A DNA stretch of 64,000 nt from Eukaryota sp. TZLM1-RC (taxonomy: Eukaryota; Protista; Metamonada: BaSk clade), in contig JAUPSS010000002.1 of the NCBI GenBank assembly GCA_040285825.1, positions 2,108,001 to 2,172,000 on the forward strand, read 5' to 3'. Positions 32,804-44,740 of the stretch are shown one piece after another. The position numbers and the translations under genes are program-made. The notes beneath the pieces are model-generated. The model was not told the origin of the DNA. It worked only from the letters and a program-made list of their open reading frames with translations, and searched no databases. The first letter of the stretch is position 1. The number at the start of each line of letters is the position of its first letter.

Positions 32804-34769
32804 CAGGGGTCTGAATAATTGAATTGGCAATTAATTGCTAGAGCCAAATTGGAGCCAATCAATTATTGCAATTAGTGCAATTAATTGCTAATTAATTGCA
32901 ATTATGTATGTAACACAGTAAAACTCATTTTTATAATAAAATACATAAACAAAACTATAAAAAGAATGATGAACTGAACACAGATCACTTTAGTTTTCTA
33001 ATCAAACAATTCATCTTCTTCATTCCATTGACTTGAACATACAGTACGAAATACTGTCATATCCCATAACACTTTGATACATTTTAGAAATAACGAAATA
33101 TTTAGGTGCTCATCAGATAATCGATGTCTGTGAAGTCCATACTGAGATTTTACTTCGGAAAATAGTCTTTCAACTCTAACACTGGTGCAAGGAATAAAGC
33201 TCAAATCAATGTAGGCAGTTTGTCCTTCAGATTTCCCTTCTTTTAGTAACAACCTTCTTTCTGTATAACTACGCCGTTTTGTTCCCACATTCTCTTCAGA
33301 CACTATAATATCATCCTGGTGTAGTTGTTGAAACTTCGTTAACGAATTATGCTCGTCAATACTTAAATACTGTTCCTCTTTGTCCAGAACCTTCAATACA
33401 GCAGACTCAAAAATTCCGAACTCTTCAGTAATGGGTGCTCCTACTGAAGTATATGTGGTCATATCAGGGAAGTCTTGATGGAGTAATTGAAAGATGTCTC
33501 GGCTATCGGATATAGACAATCTATCTTCTTGGAGAGCAACATTGGTTTCAGTCAAATTAGCTACGGTTTGCTGAAAAGCCCTGAGTCGATTTTCCTCAGC
33601 GGGAGTCAGCATCTTTTCAACAATGCAATCATCCATTCTGGTCACCATATCCTGTAAGTCAAAATAGGAATTTGCTTAATCGAAATGAGAAGTCTATCTT
33701 GTAGTGTTAGCCCGTTTAGGCAAATCTTTATTACAAAAAGATAGAATCAACGCGGCTTTACTAATTCGAAGACTCACGAACAAATGGTCAATTTTTTTGA
33801 AAATATCGGTAAGATTTTGGCAGCTCTTTTGTAACTCCAATTGAAAACGATGAGCAGCACATCCAATGAATTGCACATTCAGTATTCTTGCCAAGCGCTT
33901 ATTTGTGGGACAGTTGTCTCCAGTTACAAATAAAATATTGTGGAATGATTTTGCAAATCTGTTTAAAACAATTTCGATCAATTCGTATATTTGTTGGGCA
34001 CCAAAGTAAGTATGAGTCACTGATAAATCTTCAATGGTTTTGTTCTTATCAATTTCAAACGGGACAATGGCTAGTAAGAAGGAGGATGAACAATTTGGTA
34101 TAGCTGCAAACATTCCAAGGTAATGCATATGGGAATGGGGATTGTACCAGGTGTCGAGCACTAGTCCAAATTTATCACCCAACTTCTTTTTTAAGGTAGA
34201 AGCTACTTGATCTGATAGCAATCTAGCATATTTAAGAAGAGTGGTGGAGCAAATAGGTTTAAGTTTAGTGTTGTCACGAACATGTGGTTTGTCAACAAAG
34301 TTGTAAGGAAGGGAGTCTTCGATCACCCACTCTAACCACTTGAAAACGTTACTGAACTTGTCTTCAACAATGAACTTTGTCATAGAGAGTTGAGCATTAC
34401 TTCGAAGTTGACTATACTCTTCATGTAATTTGGGGTGCTTACCAACAAGATGGTTATATAGATTTGTCCAACCGGCTCCCTTTTGTTGATGAACAATCAT
34501 GTTGCATCTACACTTATAAGCAGTGCCTTTACGAGAAGGAGTAGATTCTAGTTGTTCGTCAAAGAAAGATAAGCAAAGCTCTTTCCGATCTCTGGGTAGA
34601 ACCATATGGAAATGAATGAGGTAAAGACTTTTGAATAGTGTTTTATTCACAATAAACCAATTGGAACTAATTGGCAATTAATTGTCAATTGTCTCAACCA
34701 CTCCAATCAATTATTGCAATTAATTGATTGCCAATAATTGAGTTGCCAATTCAATTATTCAGACCCCTG
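32804..34769 (-). mobile_element. Full-length hAT DNA transposon (1966 bp); transposase inactivated by two in-frame stops
   Basis: 27-bp TIR CAGGGGTCTGAATAATTGAATTGGCAA; 8-bp TSD GATAAAAG (32796-32803, 34770-34777). BED finger (CRC...NLYNHLVGKH), LVLDTW, VTGDNC, CAAHRFQL, TR*TS, TSVRVERLFS. Confidence 0.96.
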
Positions 34770-35058
34770 GATAAAAGCAATTTAGGGCGACTGAGTGTAC
34801 CAGTGTGGTGGAAGCGAGATGGCGTTTGAATTGGATAGAATGCTGAATGTGACATTAAGGTTTATGTCTAACTTACTTAAAGGGTTTTACTGATAATGTA
34901 AATGGCTTCTGCTATGAGAATTAGGTCGGATTAGGTCGGAATATAGTACGAATTTCTGGACTGTGATGGGATTTGGTAGAATGAGGAGTATGGTCATGAC
35001 TGTTTGTATCGGAGGATGAGGAGAACCCGCCTTCGGACATAATGTTTGCTGTATGTAT

Positions 35059-35418
35059 GAATTGCTGTAAGGTATTCAACCAAAAGTTGTATCACGATGA
35101 TGGGAGGGTGAACAATGATAAGCTTGTATGCCCTCAATGTCAGACACTCTGGTCGAGGGACATCTCAGCTTCTAGAAACCAACTGGAGATTGCCATAAGT
35201 GAGCACTACTACAATGAAAGACCTGAGGCGTTCCGGAGACCCCATAGATAAGTGTTTTTCCATGTAATGCGTACCTGTACGCGTATTGTGATGTTGCTGC
35301 TTTAACTATCATTTGATCGTGATATCATATAGTGATAGAACTAAAGTAAGTTTAACGTCTATCAAGATTGCATGAATTGGTCAAAAGCCAGAAGTGCGTT
35401 TTGATAGAAATTCACAGT
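35059..35418 (+). mobile_element. 360-bp 3'-terminal copy of Fanzor family B (zinc finger/RuvC-III coding end plus candidate omegaRNA)
   Basis: Matches 23464-23823 with about 7 substitutions by eye. Confidence 0.92.
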
Positions 35419-35500
35419 AGGGTGAAATGCACTTCACAAGAAAACAGCAATTGAATCAACTCTGAATTAACGAAAACTCCATACAACAATCTCTACATCA

Positions 35501-37245
35501 ATGTCGCGTACCTTTGCAGCACATGTTCCTGGTATGCTTGGGCGCAAGCGCACTATCAATATCAAACTTGATCTCATGAATCTCTCTGTTCTTACCAAGA
35601 AAAACGAAATAGAATCACAAACCAGTATTGCTGACATCGTTAAAGTTGAATCAGCCTCAGATAACATCTCAATATTCACAAACGACAATCCCAATGAACC
35701 TCAAACATATTACTTCTCATCTGGCTTCAACCGTCAGGTGTTCCAGAATGCTCTCCACGCTTTTCGCTCTGGAAAACCCCTTGAATCAGTCGATGAAGAA
35801 TGGAAGGTTGAACCTATCAAGATCTTTGTAGGAACATGGAATCTCGGGAATGCAGCCCCTCCCTCCAGATTGGAATCATGGCTTCCCCGCTCTGGATACC
35901 ACGTTTATGCAGTCGGTGTCCAAGAGGCAGGATACACCCCACGAGAGGGGTATTCAACATGTGAGGAGGATTGGTTTGGGGTAGTAAAGGCCTATTTGGG
36001 TGATAAATATATCGTCATTGGTCAAAAAAGTTTATTGGAAATTCGTCTTGTAGTATTTATCCATAAGCAATACTTTATGAAGGTTTCTAATGTAGAAATT
36101 GGTACAGAAGCTACTGGAATTGCCAGGGTGTACGGAAATAAGGGTGCTGTTGCTGTCAAGTTTGACATTTCTTCTACATCTTTTTGTTTTATTAATACCC
36201 ATTTGGCAGCTCACCAGGAAAACTGGGAAGACAGGAATACCGACTTTAGGGAAATTGTTGATCAGTTGTCATTTGGAAATCCATCAGTTGACGTGCTCAA
36301 TCAATTCCATTATGTTTTCTGGATGGGGGATTTGAACTATAGAATTAATATGGAAAGAGAAGAAGTCGTTGAACTGTCTGAAAAGGCTCATAAGGGAGAT
36401 ATGGAAGCTGTAAAGACATTATTAGCTCATGATCAGTTACTTGATCAACGTGAATTGTTGCACTCATTCGTTGGTTTCCAGGAAGCTCAGATCACTTTTG
36501 CACCAACTTATAGGATGAACAGACATCAACCAGGGTATTCTTCTGAGAAGGCTAGAGTTCCTAGTTACTGTGACCGTATTCTATGGAAATCCTTCCCAGG
36601 ACTCAAGGTTTTGCCTACTTCTTACACATCTGCTCCCACTATTACTACATCTGATCATCGTCCTGTTGCAGGGACCTTTGTTGTTGCGACTCATGTCCCT
36701 CAGGGTACGCTCTCTGAACCCAAACCTTGTTATATTAAGTTTAGTAACCTCCGTGCTGAAAATCTGCCAGTAATGGACTTGAATGGTATTTATTTGATTT
36801 TAGTTTTCTCACTCTAGGTCTTGCTGACCCGTTTGTTTGTTTTTCCGGTGGATTCCTTGATGTTGACCTACCTAATAGAACTTCTGTACTGCGTAAGACT
36901 AGGAACCCTGTTTGGCCTGATGAAGCCACACCCATGTTAGTTCCTTTGATTACCACAGCCTCTGGGTTGGCCAAACAGTATTTAACTTGTTCATTTTATG
37001 ATTATGACGCGTTTAGTTCGAATGATTTGATTGGTCATTGTGTTATTCCCCTTGCTGATGCTGCTGGACTGGGTTTACCTTATCACTTCCACTGTACCAT
37101 TTTAGGTGAAGGTGTTCCCGTTGGCTCTTTCAAGGGAACTTTACAGGTGGTTTATCCAATGGAGGGTGCTGATTTGTCAGATTTTCAGGAACGTTATCAA
37201 AAGGAAAAGAAAATGAAGGGGAAGAAATTGGTTATTTTGAAATAG
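35501..37245 (+). CDS. Inositol polyphosphate 5-phosphatase with C-terminal C2 domain; one 32-nt intron (36786-36817)
   Basis: IFVGTWNLG, VGVQE, GNKGAVAV, INTHLAAH, FWMGDLNYRI, PSYCDRILW, SDHRPV. Splicing gives the C2 motif MDLNGLADPFV and YDYDAFSSNDLIG. Confidence 0.93.
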
Positions 37246-37377
37246 GATGCTGTCCATGTAAATATTCTGTAGCATATATTATTCTATTATAGTTGTTCTA
37301 TTGAGAATTATCTTTCCCAATTTCGGCAAAACACAATTCAAAGAAATTTATACACACTTTACACAACAACGACAAAC

Positions 37378-38635
37378 TCAAAAACCCTCAAACAAAGAGT
37401 GGGCTTCGGGAGGTATCGGAGCATCTTCTTTCGCATGTGGATCACTGTAAAAGTCAAATAATGAATCATCCCCAATTGATCTTACCTTTGGGACAAAGGG
37501 TGCAGGTAACTGGCGTGTAAAGATTTGTTTCCACTGAACTCCTCTAAAAAACTTATGGGCCATTACATCGCGAGCCCCTGCCCGAAGATTCCCCAGTCGT
37601 CTGGATTTATCATGTGTCAACAGTCTCTTAATAAGATCTCTGGTAATGGCATCAAAGTGTCGTGGAAAACACAGTCTATTTGACAAGATGGAAGAGTAAA
37701 TCGCATAAGGCTGAGATAAGCAAAAGTAAATCCTACAAACTGTTTCGCCACTGAAAGGAGGAAAACCAGCAAGCATCTCGTAAATCAGAATTCCCAGTGA
37801 CCTGCTGTTACAAAGAAGTAAAGAGAACAAACCACCAATCTACTGCCATCGAATGACCTCTGTTTTGTATAACTTCTGGGGCTAAATATTCTGAGATGAG
37901 TAGGGTTGTAAAAGTAAACATACCAGGTGTTCCACATATAGTAAAGGTACGATCATCCACTTTTTTGGCAAAACCAAAGTCGCAAATTCGAAGGTAACCT
38001 CGGTGATCAAGTAAAAGGTTCTCCGGCTTCAAGTCTCTGTAACATATCTGATGCGAGTGGAGGTAATCAAGTGCAAGCACTATTTGAGCTGCATAAAACT
38101 TTGTCGTCTCAAGAGAAAACTTCTCCTGTTTCCGTAGATAATGAAAAAGTTCGCCACCATTGACAAAGTCCATTATGACATGTACATAAATGTCATCCTG
38201 ATAGGTACCGAGAAGATTAACAATAAATGGATGTCGTATTGAATGTAGAATGGACCTTTCATTGCGCACGTGCTGAATCTGTTTCATCTGTATTAATAAA
38301 GACTTCTTCATGGACTTGATAGCTACAAAAGTTCCTGTTGGTTTATGCACGGCCAGTTTAACAGAGGCAAAGCTTCCAGTTCCAATAGTTCTACGTATGT
38401 CAAAATCATTCTCCTCCACGTCACCGAGATGATTCCTACTGGGAGATCGGCTGAGATTGTTGCTGGAAGAAGACGCAATAAATTTCTGTGTTTCTGAGCT
38501 ATCAGGCAACGTTACACTGTTCGATGATGAGACTTGAAGATATGGCGACGCTGATGCAGAAGGTGCTTTAATATACTGAAGATGACTGTTGTCGATACTA
38601 GAATTGACAGAAAGAGAGAGGCGGGGAACACCCAT
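37378..38635 (-). CDS. cAMP-dependent protein kinase catalytic subunit-like (PKA/PRKX); introns 37711-37740, 37802-37832, 37891-37923
   Basis: GTGSFASV, VAIK, YRDLKPEN, DFGFAK, TFTICGTPEYLAPE and DWWSLG after splicing, AGC C-tail APFVPKV...FEGF. Confidence 0.93.
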
Positions 38636-38694
38636 TCTTACAGATATTGACCACAACAATGAAGTATTTTGAAATTTGAATTCGACAAAGTTTT

Positions 38695-39740
38695 ACTGTG
38701 ATCTATCACTACCATTGTCGTGGGCTTCGAGTACTACCAACATTCAAAGCAATATTTCGATCTCATTTTACAAACTTTTACTCAATTTACATATGGTAAA
38801 AGCATATGAGCGCACATCTATTGTGTTGGTAATAGTAATATTTTCTTGCACTCTATCAATATTTGAACTTTTTTCTGCTTCCATACAATTGAAACAACAA
38901 CCGATAAAAAATTCATTAATTAAAAAGGTCTTATAATCAGAAGTTTAAGATAAAATTCTTTAACCTTTTCCTCTTGAAGATGTTTCATATTAACATGTTT
39001 ACGTTACCAGTCTCCAATTCCAATTACACTTAGATGGCGTAACTGATTACCATTTTCAAGCACTGAATTGATTTCATTCCACCATTACAATGTCCAACAA
39101 CCCTTACAGTGTTATTCACAAATTCAGTTCACTTAATAGATTCCAACAATGTTGCAAAGTTACTGCTTCAAGAGTTGATTTGTGATATAAAATGGTTTGT
39201 CATTCTTCAATAGATATTGTCTGATCATTATTAATCATGTTTTTAATTCATTTGCTGTGACAATTTCAAGTTTTGAGATACTTCACCTCCAAAATAATTG
39301 AGAATTAATAGTTAATACTTCAATCAATTTTACTGATAACCACATCCACGCATTGTTGTTAAGCCCCAGTTAATTTAAAGTTATGTGGACCAATTTTTCC
39401 TTTGTGTATTATTTTTCAATGTAATCAGCGTATCTTCACTATTATCTCACTGGTTGGCCAAATGTAACATCTATTGCATCAAAACTCTATGGAACTTGAG
39501 TGTACACAACAGTTTCTAGTTTTTAGATGAATAACTCATTACGAACCGACATCATGTAACAAGTAATGTGTGTATTTTTGCACATAAATGAAATAAGTCT
39601 GTTTTACATGTATCAGCAGCAGCAAGAGTGACTCCATGACGTTATGAGAAATCTCTGACAAGGTCATCAATATATTATTCCTGTCTATCAAATGTTTTGA
39701 ATGAAGTGACGTTCATTATTTCAAGTTCATTTTGGATTGA
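38695..39740 (-). pseudogene. Heavily decayed Fanzor family A relative
   Basis: Nucleotide similarity to 11870-12210 and 12830-12900; VIGIGDW, RGKG, FLINEF..CCFNC and TLAAAD remnants. Confidence 0.75.
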
Positions 39741-39789
39741 AAAATGTACTGCTTCTACCACTTTTACAGAACCTTCAAAGAGGAGTCTC

Positions 39790-39985
39790 AGAGGGACTGT
39801 AAAATTTATAACGCTGACTCTGGTAACGATGTTGATTTACTTTGGACAATCAGCTTAGGTCATGCTCTCCCGTGCCTCAACGAAAGTTTTATCCCCAAAA
39901 GAAGGGATAGAACAATCGAAATTATATTTAATTATTTAAGATACAGGATGTGTAGTGTAGGTACCTCACTAGTGAGTACCTCTAA
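39790..39985 (+). mobile_element. Internally deleted fragment of the Gypsy family at 1-1880
   Basis: RDCKIYNADSGNDVDLL matches 1232-1285; LTR start contains the CTCACTAGTGAG palindrome. Confidence 0.7.
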
Positions 39986-40019
39986 ATAGAAGGTCAAGAA
40001 ATAAGATCTCTTTTACTTA

Positions 40020-40660
40020 GTCTTATTTTTTGTAGCACAGAATTGGGAGGCCTAGATTTTCACAAATTTAAATATTTGGGAAAAGCTGCATTTATTGGTG
40101 GAGGCAAAAATTTCGTTTTTGAATTATTGAAACGTTTTCCTGAAAACCAACATTTAATAGAACATTGTGTCAGTGACTATTTAGTGTCTTTGCAGAATGG
40201 TATTGAATGCCTTTCTCCTCACATCCGGTCCAAATGCTTTCCTGCCGATATTCAAGAATCTCCACCCAGAAGTTTGGTTTCCTTAAGATTTGTATATGCT
40301 AAATATATATATATATATATATGTATTTTTGAATGACTTCCAAAAAAATGGTTCAAGAAAAAAACAATGAAAAGATTTGATATTTTTTTTATGGCGTTCT
40401 CGGATTCAATTTGCCATTATATATAGATTACCTCGGTTTTTCAATCGAATAAGAGAAGCTTTAGCTAGACAGCAAACAGATCAAGATTTTGCAGAGGAAA
40501 TTTTGGTTCAATGATAGTCGTCCCATTAGTTATGAATTAATTTAATTAAGTGTACATGTTCAATAAATATAGTTAATAAGAAAAGTTATCAACTTAAAAC
40601 AATTCAGAGCATGGCGCAAAGTGAGTGGAGGTGAATTCCAACAAATACATTTTTCAGTGT
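40020..40660. mobile_element. Mosaic of non-LTR family 1 (40020-40300,+) and family 2 (40335-40555,+; 40580-40655,-) fragments with a (TA)n tract
   Basis: Direct similarity to 14715-14990, 47400-47630 and 15945-16015. Confidence 0.85.
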
Positions 40661-41449
40661 CTCCTGATATGTCATTCTTTTCCAGTCGTTTGACAATGGA
40701 TGTGTAATTTCTTCCACTGACTGCAGTAGTGATGATGTTCAGCGCTCCTTTAATCGCTTTATGTTTTTGTCCCAATTCCGGATATACCAGCGAGTTCTGT
40801 TGTCAATTTGCAGTTTTGTTGCAAACTACTATAGCACAAATTGTCAATAATGTTTGGAAGCTTTAATTATGATGTCAGACTTGACATGACTAGGAAAATT
40901 GTTCCACAAAAATGTCATTTTGTTTTTGAACCTCTTCTGATTTAAGAATAACCATTCTTCATGTTGAAACTTCTCAATTAAGTTATTCTTGTTCTTTGAA
41001 TAAGAGACTTTGTTCCTTCATCTTGGATGATAAAACACATCATTCTCATATTTGTAAAAGTAGTCGAACAATTATGATCACACATATGCTGAATTGTAAA
41101 CAAGATAATGCCTTTAAATGCAGGGTAAGAGACCTATTCAATTATATTGTAATTCTCATAGAATTGAATCTTTGGTGGTCACTGATGTCCGAATCTGTTT
41201 CATGTTCAAGATGGATTTTGTAAACACAATAAAAATAAAGTTAGTTTACCAAGATTAGATAGAGCTTTTATTTCAGCGGATTTGATGTCTGTACACTCTT
41301 GTAATATTTTTACTGAATGGTTGGTTACGTATTAAGTTCGTAGTGCTCTTTCACATGGCGAGAATTTCTAAAGGAAGTAACATAGCGAACATTTAAATTG
41401 TACACCGAAAGAGGTGAATGCATCCATTTGATCACAATCAATTTTGTGG

Positions 41450-41807
41450 CTTTAAAAACTTGAAACATCAGAGACCTACTCCAGGTATTGGATGGATTCA
41501 ATTTTTGAAAAGAAATGGATTTGAAGTACTGATGATTAATGAAGCTTTCACTTCAGCAAAATGACCTGTTTGTTTTGAGAAGGTTACTACGTTTTTGAGA
41601 TTAACAAATCCCAGATTCTATAGAAGGAAAAAGACTCCAGTTACTACATGTCATGGTTTATTAGCTTGTAATATTGAGAGTTGCAAACTCAGTAACAAAG
41701 GCTCACCAAAGCTTTTCAATAGAAATAAGCTGGCTTGTCTGAATATGTTTGCAATGGCTGAAGCCATAATGAGAGGTAATGAAAGGCCTCAGTATCTGTG
41801 TAGTTGA
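41450..41807 (+). pseudogene. Fanzor1 C-terminal remnant (family D)
   Basis: KHQRPTPGIGWIQFLKRNGFEVLMINEAFTSAK*PVC...NPRFYR...CHGLLAC...SC...FNRNKLACLNM...RPQYLCS; RuvC-III Asp replaced by Asn. Confidence 0.88.
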
Positions 41808-42269
41808 TAGTTTTTGTAATTATTCCACACGAAAATAGATCGTGTATTTATGGGAATTTCCCATTCGTTTTTTGGTGTTGATGTATGAAAGTGTAGGAAA
41901 AATATTTACCACATGTTTGATTATTGGGTATTTTTAGATTGCGTTGTATCAAAAAGTGATACAATAGTATTAATAATTTTAAAATAGTATAGGTATGATG
42001 CGCTTATTTAAGATATTCAATGTTTTATTACTTCTTTTATTGAAATAGATGCTTACACATAGTTCGATGATGGTACACTAAGATTTATTTTATTAAACTA
42101 ATCATCATTACAGTTGTTATCATTACCACCACTCAGTTTTTTGAGATTATTCATTGTCTAATCATTAAGTGTTATGAGAACTGCATTCATATTTTATTTG
42201 ATATTTACACAGATCAATAAAAATAAGGACTAACAAGAGTAAATTGATCAAAGACAAGTAAATTCGTTT

Positions 42270-43152
42270 TTTGGCTAAAGAAAAGAATCCCGTTTTTGCA
42301 AACTTATTAATTGATCTTAAGGAAAGTAGCTCAAGTTGTCTCATTTCCCATATTCCAAATGTATATGGTTTATTATTAAATGATCATCAATGGACAACTG
42401 CCTTCAGGATGAGGTGTTTTTTCTGTGGCCATGTAGTGGGCCAAATGATTTGATTTGTCGTTGTGGTCAGCTTATCAATCTGAATCATTTATTTAATTGC
42501 AAATTTGATATTGCATATCACTCTGTTGTTCATAATGCTGTTAGAGACCAACTTTACGCTATTATGTGCAAAAGTCATCACATTGAAGCTTCTGTTGAAC
42601 CATTTTTGAGTAGGTTGTCCCCTGAAAATGAAGATGAAAATACTTTTGGGAAATGCCGTGCTAATTTAATTACCCCTGGGTGTGATGGTGTGATGGTGTG
42701 ATCATAGTTGTTGATGTTGTCACTGTTGATGTTTGTAAGGATTCAGCAATTGATTTTGCCAATAAAGATGAAACTCCACTCTACTTTGCTGAAAAGAGCA
42801 AAATCAAAAAGTACAATGAACCCTTATCTCAGCTAGGACGTGTTGAGCATGTAAAGTATCAGCTGGTTCCATTTGCTGTTTCTCTTTTTGGTAACATCGG
42901 AATATCTGGTATTAAATTTCTCGAAGGTTTCAGAAGTTTAATAAAAGAAAGAGTGGGAAAAGGATTGAACTTTAATTTCTGGCACAATAGAATTGTTTTC
43001 AGTATTCGTAAAGCAATTCCCGAAATGATGACCAAAGCACTGTTACTATTAGGAATGGAGTATGAGAATCGCGCATTGAAGAGATTTGATGATGTGGATG
43101 CGTGTATTGAGGATATTGAGTTCTAGTTTTTTTTGTTTAATGTTTTGTTAGC
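42270..43152 (+). mobile_element. 3' fragment of non-LTR family 1 (zinc motif plus RLE)
   Basis: Highly similar to 13783-14648 in the opposite orientation. Confidence 0.92.
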
Positions 43153-44740
43153 ATAGATCAATACAAATACAGAAATGACTTAAAAGAAATAAGATAAAGT
43201 TCACCCTAACCCCCTAGGATTAACCCCTTTTCACACCCATACATATAACCACAACTAGCATGCCCGTCGGTAACAATTGAACAAAGGTCATGTTTGATAA
43301 CATGAACCCAACTCAATTGCCATTAATTAGCACAAATTCAGAGAGTGTAGGTTATCCTAAAGAAAAACTTTACAATGTAGGACAACAATTCAATAGTTTA
43401 CCCTTATAAAGGATACTCAATACCCAAATTTAGATACATCGGAAAAAACTGAAAAAAGAATTGATAATTATTATTGATCAGTTAACATTTTATTGACAAA
43501 CTATTGCGGTAGAGATTAAATGAAAAAATGAAAAAAAATGAAATAAATGGGAAAAATAGAACAAAGTGAATAATAAATAAATAAGAACATACTGTTGTGT
43601 GTAGGTGACGTTGGTCATAAACACTACAGTAATCTCAAACATAGTCCCTAACTCCTTTAAATAGTCGTATCAGTTTCTCCATTGGACAACCTTTTCAGCT
43701 TTTGTTGGGTTCAATGGTATTCGATTGAGTTGGGAGAAATGTGCAAGTATTAAAATCCTCATTATTGCGGGATAAAAATTATCGATGGCGCTTCGGTTGC
43801 TGATCTTGCTGCTGTTGCCTTTTCCGATGCAGAGAATAGGAATTTTAGTTTTAATCTTATATAAAAAATTAATTCTGTTAAGACAACATTAGCATTATTT
43901 AATGTAACTGATTTTGATTTTTTGAGCTTTCTTGTAGTTAATATTATGATTAAGGTAAAGATTTTTATTATTTTTAATTCGTTTTCCTGAAATCATCTTT
44001 GTTGTTAAAATTTCGGCCCTTTTCATTTTTGTTTAGGCATTCATAAAGCTTCGGAAATGATCAAGCAAAGATATTTTTCTCTCAAAAATGTTGCTTTGAT
44101 AAATGATATTGCCCTCATTTGTTCAGTTTACAATCGGTTGCTCATAACATTGCCAATGAAAATTTTTCCATCCAAATAGATAAATAAATAATAAACAAAG
44201 GGAAATAAAATTCTCCTCAAGAGGCTTGATCAATCACTGTGCAGTTAGTGTCACTATATGCTCAACAAAAGTTCTCCATTTTGTGCCAATCAATTTTTTT
44301 GGGTAGATGAAAATTGATTTATGAATAAATTTCTGAAGATTGTCAATGTTTGCTCCTGAGACCAGTACGTAATGGAGTAAGTTGTGCTCTCAACTTGAGA
44401 AACTGCTACATCAAATTTGTTGTCTTCAGTAAATTCCAGCAACTCTGGATCGTTTTCTTGTGAATTTGCAGCATTGTTGCAAACATTTCAACAAAATTTT
44501 TCTTAGATTGTTGAGAGCTTGGACTTTGAGGCCAGACTAGGCTTGGCCGAGAAAAAAAATCAACTGCCTTTGCAATCTTCTACAGGATACTTGTGATATT
44601 AAATTTTCTGCTCTACTAACCACTATTCTCCAAGTATATGTTTAATTTCATCACAGTTTCTGACCAAAGTTGCATTCATTGGCGGTGGAAATTTTTCTGT
44701 TTTTGAACTTTCCATGTTAAATTTCTTCTTGATTCTACAA

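Noticed and set aside
32820-32905. CRISPR-like or satellite short repeats (AATTGC/CAATT)
   Set aside because: No constant repeat-spacer period; these are hAT subterminal repeats mirrored at 34670-34760.
43204-43230. Telomeric repeat (CCCTAA-like)
   Set aside because: Single imperfect occurrence, not an array.
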